DNA of 64,000 bases from Salmo salar (lineage: Eukaryota), in contig NC_059444.1 of NCBI RefSeq assembly GCF_905237065.1, positions 52,006,644-52,070,643 of the forward strand, in the 5' to 3' direction. Below are positions 12,813 to 26,340 of the stretch, piece by piece. The first letter of the stretch is position 1, and every line of letters begins with the position of its first letter. Position numbers and translations under genes: made by a program. The notes under the pieces were generated by a model. It worked only from the letters and a program-made list of their open reading frames with translations. It searched no databases and was not told the DNA's origin.

Positions 12813-15539
12813 TCAACAGGTGCCTCACTACTGCCCTAAAACCACTTGACAAGTGGGAAAGGTTGAATGACTGATCTATGCAGGGTACTTTCAAAGCTAT
12901 TGCAGCAGAGTTTCCAACTATCACTTGCTGCTAGATGGCTGAAGGTATAGCATTAAAATGCGTGGCAGCGTGTAAGTATTGTCAATAGAACACAAATGTT
13001 AGTAATGTTATGCTAATAATACTGTTATGCTGGTAGTAATGTTATGCTAATGCAGTATGTGGTCAAATGCTGCATTTGTTTTTAAGCAGGCTAGTTTTGG
13101 GGATATTCTGGGAATGAAAATGGACTTGCTAGTGGTTACGGTCAATGTTAATAAAACAGATACATAAGGAAAGAGAGGGCTACGATACAGCCGTGGGTGG
13201 TATGTTTGTTAACTCCCCACACCTCCCTCCCAACCCCCTGCTCATAACCAGCAGAGGCCTGGGTGGCTTCTGGGTCAACAGACAGACAGAGACAGGCAGA
13301 GAGACAGAGAGAGAGAGAGAGAGAGAGCAAACAGACAGAGATGATGGGGGGATGAGGAACAGAGGGAGAAAAAAAATAGAAAAATCAATCAAATCCGTTT
13401 CACAGACCTTGATTAAGAGTGCAGTAAATGTACAAGAAATCAGGTATGTGTAACAGGGTTGGTTGTTCCCACTTGCCTCTAAAGAAATGTGTATTTAATG
13501 TTCAAGCACTCTTATTGGTTGGTTCAATTCCGATAACAATAAGGCGTGTTGTTATTGGCCCTGCTTGCAGATAGGGGGAGATCGTGAATGTCAGGTCTCC
13601 CTAGTATGAAAATGTGATGCAAGGGGTAGGTCACGTTCTGAATACCGTATAATATTTTACAATGTGTACATTCCTGATTTATATGTGTGGGTATATGGTA
13701 CCTGTTAGGGATTGAGGGGCTTTCTGGGATATGATTGCTGTATATAAGTGCGTTAGCCAGCATGCACCGATGTAATGGTCACATAAATTCACTGCTAAAA
13801 CAGTTGTTTTCGTGCTACAGATTTTACCATCGACAGCCATCAACATCATTAAGCCCTGCACAACTAACGTGCCGTTTCCTGTTTAATCACAGATAATAAA
13901 TAACGGTCAACTGGGACCACTGGCAGGGATGATTTCTATGAACTAAACATGACGCAAGGATAGTACGATTAACATCGTTAGATATCCACATATACAACTG
14001 TCCGCGTAGTGTTTCTATGAATGTCACATTTATTCAGTGTCATCATACAGCCTTTAAAACATGATGAAAATCGTACTTAAATAATTACCCTGCGTGTAGA
14101 CAGCCCTACACTACACTCTAATCTCACAAACGCTGACAAATCCATTGACTACGCTGTAGGCGTCATGTGTCGCTCGCTGGCTGTACCAGCTATACACTGA
14201 CTCCATTGGGGAACGAATTCATTTAGGTTTTCCACTGTCATTGCTCTCTAGGTAAATGCATGTACTCACAGAGGGACCGGAGAGAGACAGGATGAATAGG
14301 TGGAGAAGAAAAAGGTGGCTGAAACCAAAATAGATTTAAAAAGGGATTAGAAAAGCAGGAGATTTAGACAGATTACAGCTGGGAGAGAGGGAATTAGAGA
14401 GAGAGGTGATGGAAGGACAGTTGACAATGGGGAGTACCTACAGTACAGATGGGATATGAGGGGTTGGGTGGAAGAGGATGTTGGGGCGGGGCCTATTGTT
14501 CCATCCTAGGCTGTTGGACAATTGGGGAAGGTGATGCACAATCACAACAGGTTCATCCCATAACCAACAAATGGGTGCACTTGCATGCGGTTTTAATAAA
14601 AGCCTATCTGGGCATAATATAACAACTTTCAGATTTATCTTGGCTAGCTGTGTTCTTTTGTTCAGCGCAGCAGTGCATAGACTGCACCTCCTGACGGTAG
14701 ACTACCAGCAATTTACATGGGGGGGGATAAAACCACTGGCCCCCTAAATAACCCCAAGCATATCTTGACGTTGCTATATCGCTAACTTGGCAGAAAACAC
14801 AGGCTCGTTTGCGTCAAAACCTAGCTGGCAGGCCCATGCAAAAACGTGTCTCAGACTTAATTGTCAAAATACGCAATGCGCGTAAGTAGCCAAAGTAACA
14901 CGGTCCTCTATTAAAAAATATCGGGACAAGTCTGTTTTGCACTAAATAAGAGTAAACTCAACAACAATACGCAACATATTGTTTTGAAAAATGGGAGACT
15001 TGTGCCGGTCTTGGCACGGCTCCAAATCTGCATAGGCTAACCTTTGTCATGTTTGCTTGCTAGCTACTGTAGGCCAGTGTAGACTACAAAAAAAAACGGA
15101 CAAATCAATGTAACGATGAGTGTGACTGCGAGCTCGCTAGATTTGCATTCGATACATTTTTACCTTACAGTCGTTTCATGCACAAGAGTGATTGAAGCTT
15201 GTAACAGGTTGTGTGGCACGCGGTTCGTGTATTAACAACACACGCACGCAAGGGATAAATTGTCTAGCCTGGCTTCAGTTTTTTACAGACAATGCATGCT
15301 TGCTTACCAACCAACATGCGATGGATGACAGATTATTCAGGCCTGTATAGGCTAAAACGTGACCGTTGCGACACACACAGACAACATTTATTACAGACAT
15401 ATGGTGTTTCTTAGTTTAACCTCGGAGCAGGGTTGGTGAGAATGAAGAAGAGTTGGGTGTTGGGGGGTTACTAAAAGGGAGAGTAAAACAAGAAGAGATG
15501 GATAGGCTAAATTTACATTTGGTTGTTGCGGCGTCCCGT

Positions 15540-16300
15540 TCTGCGGCCCGGTCGGTCGGATCAAGGGGAAATCAATGTGTTTGGTCCTGGTGGTAGCCTT
15601 CAAGTCGAGAATTGTTCCACATTCTCTTTGCGTTTTGTCTTATTCCGTATTCGGGATATCTGCAAGAAATGAGAACGTGCGTCAAGCAAGACAAATTGAT
15701 GTGTGTGTGTCCTCCCCGCTTCTGCCGTATGGTCCTCTGTCTTGGTCCGAATCAGAATATGACTCCCGCCCGACGTGCTGCCTGTCGGTTCGCTGCTTCA
15801 GCAATTTTATTTCCGAGAGGCGAAATGCTTTTGAAGTCGATGGTTCGCTTGAGTGTTTTGATTTATATTGCGAGGGCAACGCTCTTCTCGCCTTTGGCCG
15901 CCGTACTAACCTACTGATATCTGAACCGTTACGCCATATCGACCGACCCTATTGCCTGGCCGATAATATTCGATACATTCACTGTGAAGTCTTCGCTGCA
16001 GATTATTTTAGGACCTGTCCTACAACTAATTTCAGCAAACAGTCTAGAGGAAGAAAAATCCTAGTGTATGCATGATACAGTCACGCTGTGGCTAAAGTGT
16101 TGCCATTAAGCCGGCTACATAGCCAGCTCGCTACCACCTCTATCTCCTCCCCCTTGCTCCGGGGTATGGTCGGCTAATATCCAAGTGGAATTGGCGGATG
16201 AGGTCGCCTCATTGGCTATGACTCCTAGGACAAGCCGTGTTGTGATAGACTACAGCTGTCCCTGGATAAAATATTTTGCTTTTCAAGGGCAACGGACTAA
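15540..16300. promoter_or_regulatory. CpG island, likely the tlcd3b promoter and non-coding first exon
   Basis: CpG density is far above the surrounding AT-rich DNA (gcggcgtcccgttctgcggcccggtcggtcgg..., cgccgtatggtc..., ccgaccgaccc). It lies about 3 kb 5' of the tlcd3b ATG exon on the gene strand. Confidence 0.45.
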
Positions 16301-17269
16301 TAATAGCCCGAGTCACTTTCAGATCAAGCTGGCTAGGGAAAAAAGTCCTTCGTTTTTATAAGACATCAAACTGCAAGTTGTCAAACCATGGGTTTGAATT
16401 ATTAATTTAACTATTTTGAGAATGAACGTAGCTATGCTCAATCAGATAAGACTGTAAAAGTTCCACAAACAGTGGGGTCCGCTAAACAAGTCAGCCTACA
16501 GCGCTTAAATAGGTCTATAGCTCCCTAAACATGTCTGATCTTGGAAATGTTTTAGCACCTGGATAGAAAATACAGAAGCAATCTAATTTGCACAACCTCT
16601 GCAGTTGGGGTCAACCTGAAACGGATAAGCTGTACAATAATGTGTGATAAATTGGATAACACTTTACTGAAGGATAATACACATTTGTCATATGTATAAA
16701 CTGATTATAATATCTCAGTATCATATAATTAGGGCTATAATGCAATAGGCATAATAACCAGTTATCAAGCACGTTGAAATTGAACCTGTTGAAAAATTGC
16801 CATAGAGAAAGAACATTACAACCAACCTTTCTGAACGCGAGAAAAATACAACCCTAAAAAATAAAACACGAGGCAAAACAATAGCTAGTAATTTGAGGCA
16901 GCAGCCCTTAAGTCAACAACCTGACACAATACAATGTAACGTTGCCCTTTGAGCCCCCTCCCCATTGATAAGCGGACAGACACCATACAGGAATATTATC
17001 CAGTGACTATCCATTTATTCATTCACTACTTTACTCTAGTTGTTTTCTTAAGAAATTCAAGTATTTGTTGGGAACACAAGTCAAAGACGTTTCCTAAAAT
17101 ATGGCAAAAAAATAAGACATCAGTTTCATATTCAGAACAATCAAAAACACAAGTTACAGTTTTTTCTCCCGCTTTTCTAAACATCTACATTCCCAGGTGT
17201 AGTCTTCTCTCTCCCGTGCCTATTGATGGCACAAAACGAAGGACAAAGACTTGCTTCCTTTCCTTCAGT

Positions 17270-17400
17270 AGGGTGGGTACGTCCCAAACGGACACCCTAT
17301 TCCCTACATAGTGCACTACTTTTGACCAGACCTTCAAAAGTAGTGCACTGGAAAGGGAATGGGGTGCCATTTGGGACGGATCCTAGATCTGGCCTGAAGA
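17270..17400. mobile_element. Palindromic hairpin (MITE-like) salmonid repeat; other copies at 48395-48520, with a partial copy at 34225-34265
   Basis: ccctattccctacatagtgcactacttttgaccag...aaagtagtgcactggaaagggaatggggtgccatttgggac, i.e. inverted arms of the common 'tagtgcactacttttgacc' family. Confidence 0.7.
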
Positions 17401-19864
17401 GAACTGGACATGTGAAAGCAAATCCCCAACTGAGCTTCTCTCTACTACGTTGCTTTAACCCGTCTTCTCCTGTCAGTGCCAATAAAAGGAAAGGAGAGGA
17501 TGAAAAGCTGCTTTAAACTATTTAAACTGCCAGAGGAGGCTCCTCCAATGAGGAAGATGTCCTTATTGGCTTCTACCTCAAAACATAGCTGGGTCATATT
17601 CCTTAGTCCACACTGTAGGAAAACATTTTGCGTCAAGTTTCTTATTGGACAAGTTCAAGTAGTCCCTCACATTTCTAGCCTTTTCTTCTTGGTGACTAGT
17701 GAATATGACCCTACTATAAAAGGCAAACAGTGACGAGAGGACAGTGCGAGGGGGATAGAGAGAAGAAAGGAGGGTGTAAGGGAGAGAGAGCGACGGACCC
17801 CGGTGATCTCTTCTAAAACCCAGCCTGCTTGGGCTCTCCACTAAAGACAATAGCCAAGTTGTGAAACCCAAAAAACTTCTTTAAAATGAATCACATCACA
17901 AAACAGTACTAAATAAAAACACATTAAAACAAATAATATTTCCTAAAATCTAATTAACATCACCACAAGGAAGGTTTGTCCATGGCGACAACTCCCATTG
18001 CACTGCATCCAAATCCTCTTCCTTCCTTTTTTTTTTTAATCATAAATACACACATGCAGGTTTAAGTGAAACATTTTGGCAATCCCCATCACCCCCTAGC
18101 CTACACTGCCAATAGCACCATCAAGTGGCGGGGCAAGGGCCTGACCACTGCCATGACGGCAATGCCAACAAGCACAGTACAGAGTCTTCAGGAGCCTCAT
18201 TTTAGTTAGTACTAGCTCCAGTCAGAGCTTCAGCGCACAGAGCTTTGCGGTTCCTCTTTGTGGGTAAAAACCATTTTTTTTTTTAGGCACAATGTTATTG
18301 GTGAATAATATCTGTGTGTATTTGTGTGGTCGGGTCCACAGTATTTGCAATGGAACACCTGAGCCGTGAACTCAACTGGAAATAAACCAACAACCAATAA
18401 AAGGAAAACCCAAAACACAGCAGCATTTCACCAATACATTTCAACAAGCTGTTCTTCCTGCCATCGGTCCCTCATCCTCCACCCCTCTCTCCAAGAGGGA
18501 GAAAGGAGGGGAGTGACAGAGAGGTTAAGGACAGTGATTTAGTACAAAGGAATGACATCACGTTACAGTACATAGTAGTTGAGTTGGGTCTATGTACACT
18601 GTACCAAGTAGACTCTCTCTGGGTTCCCTTTTTGACTCCCAACTGTTTGAGGTAATGAGATCATTGAAGTAGAAAACTGCACATTCCCTTAAACTCTACA
18701 CACGTGAGCGCACACACACACACCGAAATGGCTGACTACTCAGTACATGGGCACAACAAGCTCAAACCGCCACTCACAGAGAAGCTAAATCAAACAATAA
18801 ATTAAAATATAAAATAATATGATTTTAAAAACATGGACGAGGCTCCATCTACCTCGAGTCCCAGAAGCTCCTCCCCTGCTGTGGCCCCACCCAATCAAAG
18901 AACCCGGTCAATTTTTGTCTTGGAAATGGTTTGGGCTTATGGACAGGGGCAGATTGGGAGGGAAGATTCAAAAGTAGCACGGAGCGATGCTAAAGGCCAG
19001 AGGTTGCATTGAAGCTCAGATCTAAGACCAGTTTACCGAAGATATTGAGAATGGGTCCAGTGAAACTATCAAACCAAATCAATAGAACGAATCAATGATA
19101 AAGGTAGGGTCATCAATGTGACATTAACATGCCTAAGTCACCGAGCGCACAGGTAAAGAGTATGGTATCGCCGGGAGCACGTTGCTTTTCATCACATTGC
19201 ACGCGGCTGGAATGACTTAACAGAGCAGAACAATTATTCAACATAAATAATAAAACAGCTATTCCTTTGTCTCCGCCATCAACCACGTTGGAGCAGAACA
19301 ACCAACTACAACTCTTCTAGTAATAAATGTTTCCAATAATTTTCCTCTTCTGCCACTCTTCGCTTTCTTTATTCCTTTTTTTAAATTCAGCAGCACATTT
19401 TAGTTTTCAGAAATGCCTATAGCGTTGGTGTCGTCAAGTCTTCACCAGTGTCAATAGTAGTTTTCATAGTTGGGAACGGTAGTTTTCATTGAAGGGAAAT
19501 GTAGTCTTTAGTAAAAGTGAGCATTTCCCCTGACAGACACTGTTCTTCTCTCGGAGAGGCTGGCGTGCGGTTTCATTCACACCTCCCATTCATCCAGAGA
19601 AACCCAAGCCTATCTCTATTATATGGACCAAAGCAAGTCTTGTTCTTTTTATCAAACTGAATTTCCCACGATTCCTCTTGTACATGAACGACACTCCCCT
19701 TCATCTCTCCTCCTTCCTGGAGACTTTGGAGGAATGCCACGCAGTAGACCTGAGAGAGATCGAGAAAGATAAACAAAGAGAGACATGGGACATAGTACAT
19801 GGCAAAATAGTATTTTAAGCTGCATGTATGTTAGTCCCTCCCTCCCTCCCTCCCTCGGTGTTCC

Positions 19865-19962
19865 TCACCTGATGAAGGTCTTGAAGGCGGCACTCTGGGG
19901 GTTGATGCACAGCGGCACTCGTTTCCCCTGCTGGTGCTCTGTTATGAAGTGATGGATGAGCT
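19865..19962 (-). CDS. nlk: nlk exon 10 (possibly the terminal coding exon; see findings)
   Basis: Acceptor tctcAG|AGCTCATCC. Encodes (E)LIHHFITEHQQGKRVPLCINPQSAAFKTFI. The sequence reads ...TTCATCAG|GTGAGG, so reading through gives AGG TGA, i.e. ...FIR followed by a stop. Coordinates are good to within a couple of bases. Confidence 0.6.
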
Positions 19963-20098
19963 CTGAGAGAGAGAGGAGAGATTGCGAGAACGAGATCGCA
20001 ACAGGCCAACAACTTCAATAACAAGCTGGGTTGGGAAAAAAACAGAAGAGAACTGACGAGAAACAGCAGTAGAGGGAAGAGCACCAGATAGCTCCTAC

Positions 20099-20297
20099 CT
20101 TTGCCCTGCCAGACAGAGAGCAGGCTGTTATCGTAGCTGTGGCTGAAGTTGCGGTCGGCGGGCGGTTCAAAGTCCCGCGTGTACACGCGCCCACTGGGCA
20201 CCGAGTAGCAGCACTGGCACATGCACGTGTGGTAGCGCAGACGGCCCTCGTCCAGGTAGGGGTGGGAGAGGGCGTCGCCGCCCGAGATCCGTTTGGC
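20099..20297 (-). CDS. nlk: nlk exon 9
   Basis: Acceptor gactcAG|GCCAAA and donor AAAG|GTAGGA. Encodes AKRISGGDALSHPYLDEGRLRYHTCMCQCCYSVPSGRVYTRDFEPPADRNFSHSYDNSLLSVWQGK. Anchored to minus ORF 19815..20312. Confidence 0.85.
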
Positions 20298-20464
20298 CTG
20301 AGTCACACACACACGGAGAGAAAGTTGGTCCCTCTCTAATCTTGTATTTTCTCCCTTACTGTAGCTAACTACATTTTTCAGCTCTTGCTTAAACTAAAAA
20401 ACGCCCCTATGAAGGAGGAAGCCTTTAGAGTGACAGTTCTCTATAGACTTCTGTCTGTACTCAC

Positions 20465-20551
20465 CGGATCAAACACCAGCATACGACACAACAGGTGCAC
20501 GGCCTCGTGGGTCGCCCCGTCCGACAGCATGTATAACACAGAGAGTGACGG
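20465..20551 (-). CDS. nlk: nlk exon 8
   Basis: Acceptor cctcAG|CCGTCA and donor CCG|GTGAGT. Encodes PSLSVLYMLSDGATHEAVHLLCRMLVFDP. Confidence 0.8.
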
Positions 20552-21454
20552 CTGAGGGGGGGGGGTAGAGATTTTACTTCATGAACTGTTGCACTTAGTT
20601 TTAGATAAGGATTGTGGGTAGGATATAGAACATATCTGGGCCCGGTTTCCCAAAAGCATCTTAAGGCTAAGTTCACCAGGGAACTTAGTCATTCAAGATG
20701 CTTTTGGGAAACTGGGCCATGAGCAGTAATATTTTGGCACCCTTGCACGCATCTCTATTTCTTCCAAAATATATTTTTTGGGTATTAACAAACACTTTTG
20801 GCATCTCCTGGCTTGCACGCATACCCTACAATCCAAGTACAAAAAGTACAAGAAATTAATTTAATATAGCGTACATCACAATAAATCCATTATTTATTTT
20901 AGACGAGTCTAAAGAAACATGAAGAAAACGTAGCCTACTTCAGAAGAACAGAATAGCATATTCTGAGTAGTCCTTATGTTAGGCCCTGATCTGGCTATGG
21001 GCTAGACTAGCTCATTTAGCAGACAAGATTTGCTTAGAATTCTGTGGCATTATTTTATAGTATGAAGAATATAATTGAACATAGCTAAATATCATAGAAA
21101 GCATATTTTCCACCCCAAACAATTTCAGAGGGAGTGACACATGCAGCTATTCTGTGTTGAGCAGTTAAAGAAACGGGTGCTCCTATATGTTTAATTTAGA
21201 GTTATTTATGCAACTTTAGTTGTGATAAACTTTGAATGGATTACAAATCTAAACAAACAGCCTAAGGCTGAATGATGGGACTAATGATGATTTGAAAAAA
21301 GTTGCATGAAAAGGCATGAGCTCTGCTCCTTGCGCAGGCTGCACATACTTCATCAGTCTCTCATTCCCAATGTGACAAGCACTTCATAATATTCTGACCC
21401 ATCAGACTATTCTTCATTTAAATCTGGTCTTTACATATAGCCAACTAATATACA

Positions 21455-21900
21455 CTACATGATCAAAAGTATGTGGACACAATGCTGTAGCGTTAAGATT
21501 TTCCCTTCACTGGAACGAAGGGGCCTAGCCCAAACCATGAAAAACACCCCTAGACCATTATTCCTCCTCCACCAAACTTAACAGTTGGCACTATGCATTG
21601 GGGCAGGTAGCGTTCTCCTGGCATCCGCCAAACCTGGATTAGTCCGTCGGACTGCCAGATGGTGAAGCGTGATTCATCACTCCAGAGTAGGCATTTCCAC
21701 TGCTCCAGAGTCCAATGGCGGTAAGCTTTACAACACTCCAGCCGACGCTTGGCGTTGCGCATGGTGATCTTAGGCTTGTGTGCGGCTACTTGGCCGTGGA
21801 AACCCATTTCACGATGCTCCTGAAGAACAGTTATTGTGCTGACGTATATATATAAAAAAACATGTGGAATTACTTTTGATTTAGAATGGCCCACAAAAAA
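21455..21900 (-). mobile_element. Tc1-like transposase fragment (DDE region)
   Basis: Minus ORF 21550..21894 gives ...[71 protein letters not shown], a typical Tc1 transposase. Confidence 0.8.
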
Positions 21901-23297
21901 ATATAATACATGTAATCCGTTGCCTGCACTTGAATAGCAAATGGACGTTACGTTTTATTATGCAAGAACATGTGGCGCGTCCATAAGACTAGGGGATGCT
22001 AAGCTTTCCCGAAAGTAAATTGGCAAAATTATATAGAGAAATAAATAAAATAATTAAAACTAGGATACTAAAGCACCGATTTGCCATGCATTGAACATTA
22101 TTTTTTGCTAACACTGATTTGAGTTATATTGTTATCCTAAACTATGACTATCCAATCTATTCATCACATTACCAATAGTAGGCTCTCTTACATAAGTCTG
22201 CAAATGCGATTATGCATGTAATGCTCTTAATATAAAAAGGTGCATTTTTATGGGGGAAATGATCTTCCCCAAAGTTAACTCACACGCCGTCTATGCATGC
22301 CAGGTAGGCTACACTGCTTGTAAAGCAGATTAATATGCGTCATTTTAAGAAGTGAGCAAGAAATACAGCATCACAAGAAAGCTGGGATCCTCTTTTAAAT
22401 AGTGGCCAGTCAAAAGTCTTTACACACGCAATTGCGCAACGGCCGGGCTTATAAGAACACGTTTCACTAGGCTCTGTATGTAGGCTATGGGCTCTCCAAC
22501 CGTGTTCCAGGGCTCCTATGCCTAGGCTATAGGCTAGGTTTGGAGGTATTTGGCCACTTTAGTTGTGACACAAACCTTAAAACATATAGGCCTATGGACT
22601 AGGCTACATGGTGTGTGATTATGACCATCACGTACCTGTCGGAACAGGCGGGGGGGGGGAATCAATAATACATGTCATCATATGCACAAATAGCAAATGG
22701 AGGACACTTTTCCTACGGTTCATTTTCATACCAGCCAGGTAGGCCATACACCTGTTGTAAAGTGAAGCAATGTGCTTAATATTAGGAAAGATGAGAAATA
22801 AATAGGCTTAGCTTACAGAAATCTGATGGGATCCTCCCTCGTCGTTTTAATAGAGACCTTCAAAACTCAAATTTTCCTCACGCAATTGCATAGCCTATAG
22901 AAATGTTCATGGGCTCTCATGAAGTGTTCGATTTGATTTTTGATGGCATTTGCATTGAAGTCAGAGTGATAAGAAGAACAATAAGTGCCAGGCCATTAGT
23001 GACCGGCAGTTAGCAAGTTCGGTAGCCTACTGATGACCATCAGCGGCACCAGAGCTCAGTTTTGGAGAAGCCTAGTTATCGTGACTAAACAGTCACATGG
23101 AATTTGATTGCAGTCATGACTCGTGACCACAGGTGTGGTGATAATACGGTCACAGTAACAACCCTAGTTGGAAGTAAGGTGTTTTCATTTGTAAAGTGCA
23201 AGTAGGGCAATATTTGACCACATCTGTCTCATAGTAATACAAAAGGAAGGTCAGATCAGTTAGTGAGTAGTGAGGAGGTTCAGTGAGGAGGTAGTAC

Positions 23298-23399
23298 CGG
23301 TTTGTGAGGTCCTCTCAGGATGTGAGCTCTGGCCCCCTCACAGGCAGATGCCATGGCAGAGAGAGGAGGGGTACCCAGCAGGTCAGTGATCAGATCCAA
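23298..23399 (-). CDS. nlk: nlk exon 7
   Basis: Acceptor ccccgcAG|TTGGATC and donor CCG|GTACTA. Encodes LDLITDLLGTPPLSAMASACEGARAHILRGPHKP (34 codons, phase 0). Confidence 0.75.
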
Positions 23400-25184
23400 C
23401 TGCGGGGTAGAGGGAGAGAGTGAGGGTGGGTGGGAGAGAGAGAAGATTTAATTTCACAACACACCTAAATAAATAAAAACCGACCATCCACAAGTGCCAA
23501 AAATTTGATACATTATTTGATTATTAATTGTTAGATAAAAGTAAAAGAAAATTGCCCAGACAGATTACACCTTTAGATGGCTTTCCCTCCTTCCTCCCTC
23601 CCAGGGTTCTATGCCCCCCACCCCTCTACTACGGCTGTGGCGGTCACAAAATGTTGTCAGCCGGTGACTGTCAAGCAAATAACTGTCGGTCTCACGGTAA
23701 TTGACCGTTAATTAACATAAACACATTTAGCATCTCCTGGCTTCCACACAAGCCACTGATGCAGATCTGGAGCATCTACATTTTAAAACGTTTAGAAATC
23801 CATGTAATATAGCCTACACCTTCACAATAAATCAATTATTTATTTTAGACAGGTCTAAAGAAGCATGATATTTTGTCTATTTCAGAAGAATAGAATAGCA
23901 TACTCCGAGTTGTCCTTATGTTAGGTCCTGATCTAGCTATGCCATATGGCTGTGGGCTGCACTAGTTCATTTAGCAGACAAGATTTGCTTAGAATTCCGC
24001 GGCATTATTTTATATTATGAAGAATACAATTGAACAAAGCTGAATAAAATAGAAAGGATATTTTCTCCAAACGATTTGAGGGAGTACCCATACATGCGGC
24101 TATTCTGTGTTGAACGGTTAACAAGGCAATATACTCCTATATGTTTAATTTAGAGTTAAATGTAACTTTAGTTGTTCTACAAACATTGGGCTAAATATTT
24201 AGATTTTTAATACATTGCAAGGCTGCATGATGCAAATAATGATTTGAAAAAAGTTGCTAGAAAAAAGGAATGCGCACCATTGTTTTTTTCCGCAGGCTAC
24301 ACACTTCATCAGTCTCTCATTCACAATTTGACAGGCCCTTAATAATGCCTCAAATTTCACGGCGGCATCCCCTTTGTTTGGCCGTAATACACCCTAAAAA
24401 AATCCATGCCTTTAGCGGTCATTGTGCCCTTGGCCCGGAGTGCTGCGTTGTGCCCTTCTCCCCGAGTGCTACTTGCGCCGATGCACCTCTCACTCACATT
24501 GCTCTCCATCACGTGATCGGGTCTTTCTCACAGGCTACAAGTGAAGACCGACACTTTGGGGACGCAACTGCGCACGTCATTATCCAATTCCGAGGTGCAT
24601 ATTAAAGATATTGGAAGAACTGTCCACATTTACTTTGTCAGCCAATAAGATGAGTAGCCCTAACGAACAACAAAAGCACTAGCCTATGCCAATCTGCTAT
24701 ACCCCCATAGTACAAAACCATTCTATTCGTGCGAGAAATACATAAATAATAATGTTTTACTCAATGTGGCTGACACAACAGATCAGAACATTTAGCCTAA
24801 TAGTTTATCAACATTTTAAGCTATTTCTTCGCACACGGCAGTAGGCTATAAGCGCGAATGTTCCATTAGCGGGAAAACACCATTCTCAAAAGTGACCGCA
24901 AATGCGATTATGCATGTAATGCTTTTATGTATGCCAGTTAGGCTCCATACCCCTTGTAAAATGAATTAATGTGCTTAAATTTAAGAAGTTATTTAGCCAC
25001 TTTAGTTGTGACACAAACCGTATCAAAACATATAGGCCTATGGGCTAAGCTACATGCGGTGTGCGACTATGATTCGAAAAAGTGGCATCATTCACAAGTG
25101 ATAATATATAATTCACAAGTGATAATATTGTCACCCATCAGACTATTCTTAATTAAATCTTGTCTTTACATATATTAAATAATA

Positions 25185-25440
25185 TACAGTACCCGTCAAA
25201 AGTTCGAACACCTACTCATTCAAGAGTTTATTTTTTGCCATTTTCTACATTGTAGAATAATAGTGAAGACATCAAAACTATTAAATAACACACATGGAAT
25301 CATGTAGGAACCAAAAAAAGTGATAGATTTCTTTAAATACATATTTTATATATGAGATACTTCAAAGTAGCCACCCTAGGCCTTGACAGGTTTGCACACT
25401 ACGTATTCTCTCAACCAGCTTCATGAGGTAGTCTTAGCTC
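25185..25440 (-). mobile_element. Tc1-like element, terminal fragment with inverted repeat
   Basis: Starts with the inverted repeat cagtacccgtcaaaagttcgaacacctactcattc, followed by the conserved Tc1 3'-end sequence in reverse complement (ttctacattgtagaataatagtgaagacatcaaaac). Confidence 0.75.
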
Positions 25441-26340
25441 CGGTTTGGAGCGAGCAGTCGCACTACTCTTCGCTCCACAGGTAATATTACACTTCACTAC
25501 ATTACAACAGCTTGATTTGTTTGATCTGAGCAATTCTTCTTAGCTAGCTACATAGCCGTCTTTGTATCAAAGATAATTGTGTAGTTTTAGAGTAATTGAG
25601 TAATTATCGAGGCTAGCTATCTTCGTCCTCCTAACGTAGCAACACTCCTAGCTGCTAGCTAGCTAGTCATCACTCCTAGCTAGCCAACTTCTACCGACTA
25701 GCAGCACTGTAGATACTATTACATTACAACGTAACGACTTGATTAGTGTGGTGTTAGTGTTAGTTAGCCAGCTACATAGTTGTCCTTGCTGTCTCTGTAT
25801 CTAAGATAGTTGTGTAGTTTGAGTAATTATCGAGGTGAGCTAGCCAGCCGCGACGCGGCGCCAGACTTAGTCAACACACCTAGTCATCATTAACCCACTG
25901 CTAGCTAGCCAACCGTTACCGACTAGCAGCGCTGTAGATACTAATACTTTACAACGGAACGATTTGACTAGTGCAGTGTTAGCTAGCTAGCTACTTAGTT
26001 GTCTTTGTCATAGCTTGATAATTGTGTAGTTTAGTAATTACCGAGGTCAGCTAGCCAGCTATTTCCGTCCCCCGCGACGCCATTTTTCCTAACCCAGCCA
26101 ACTATTACCGACGAGCAGCATTGTAGAAACTAAATACATACAAGGAACGTCTTGATTAGTGTTATGTTAGCTAGCTAGCTACAAAGTTGCTTTGTATCAT
26201 GACAAGGTGTAGTACTGAAACTATCGAGGTTACCTAGCCAGCTACACGTTCAAAGTCAACAACGCAGCCACTGCTAGCTAGCCTACTCCACCAGCCAGCA
26301 GTACTGTATCATTTTAGTCAATAAGATTTTTGCAACGTAA
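25440..26340. repeat. Tandem array of about 4 units of roughly 200-235 bp, rich in gctagctagc motifs
   Basis: The repeated unit contains ...gctagctagc...ccaac(t/c)tctaccgactagcagc(a/g)ctgtagatacta(t/a)tac(a/t)ttacaacg(t/g)aacga(c/t)ttga(t/c)tagtg...gttag...agctac(a/t)tagttgtc(c/t)ttg...agtaattatcgaggt(g/c)agctagccagc. Copies start near 25640, 25870, 26060 and 26250. Lies immediately 5' of LINE copy A. Confidence 0.7.

Noticed and set aside
15575-16075. 166-aa ORF as a protein-coding gene
   Set aside because: It has no domain similarity or introns and coincides with a CpG island. It is reported as a promoter/CpG-island feature instead.
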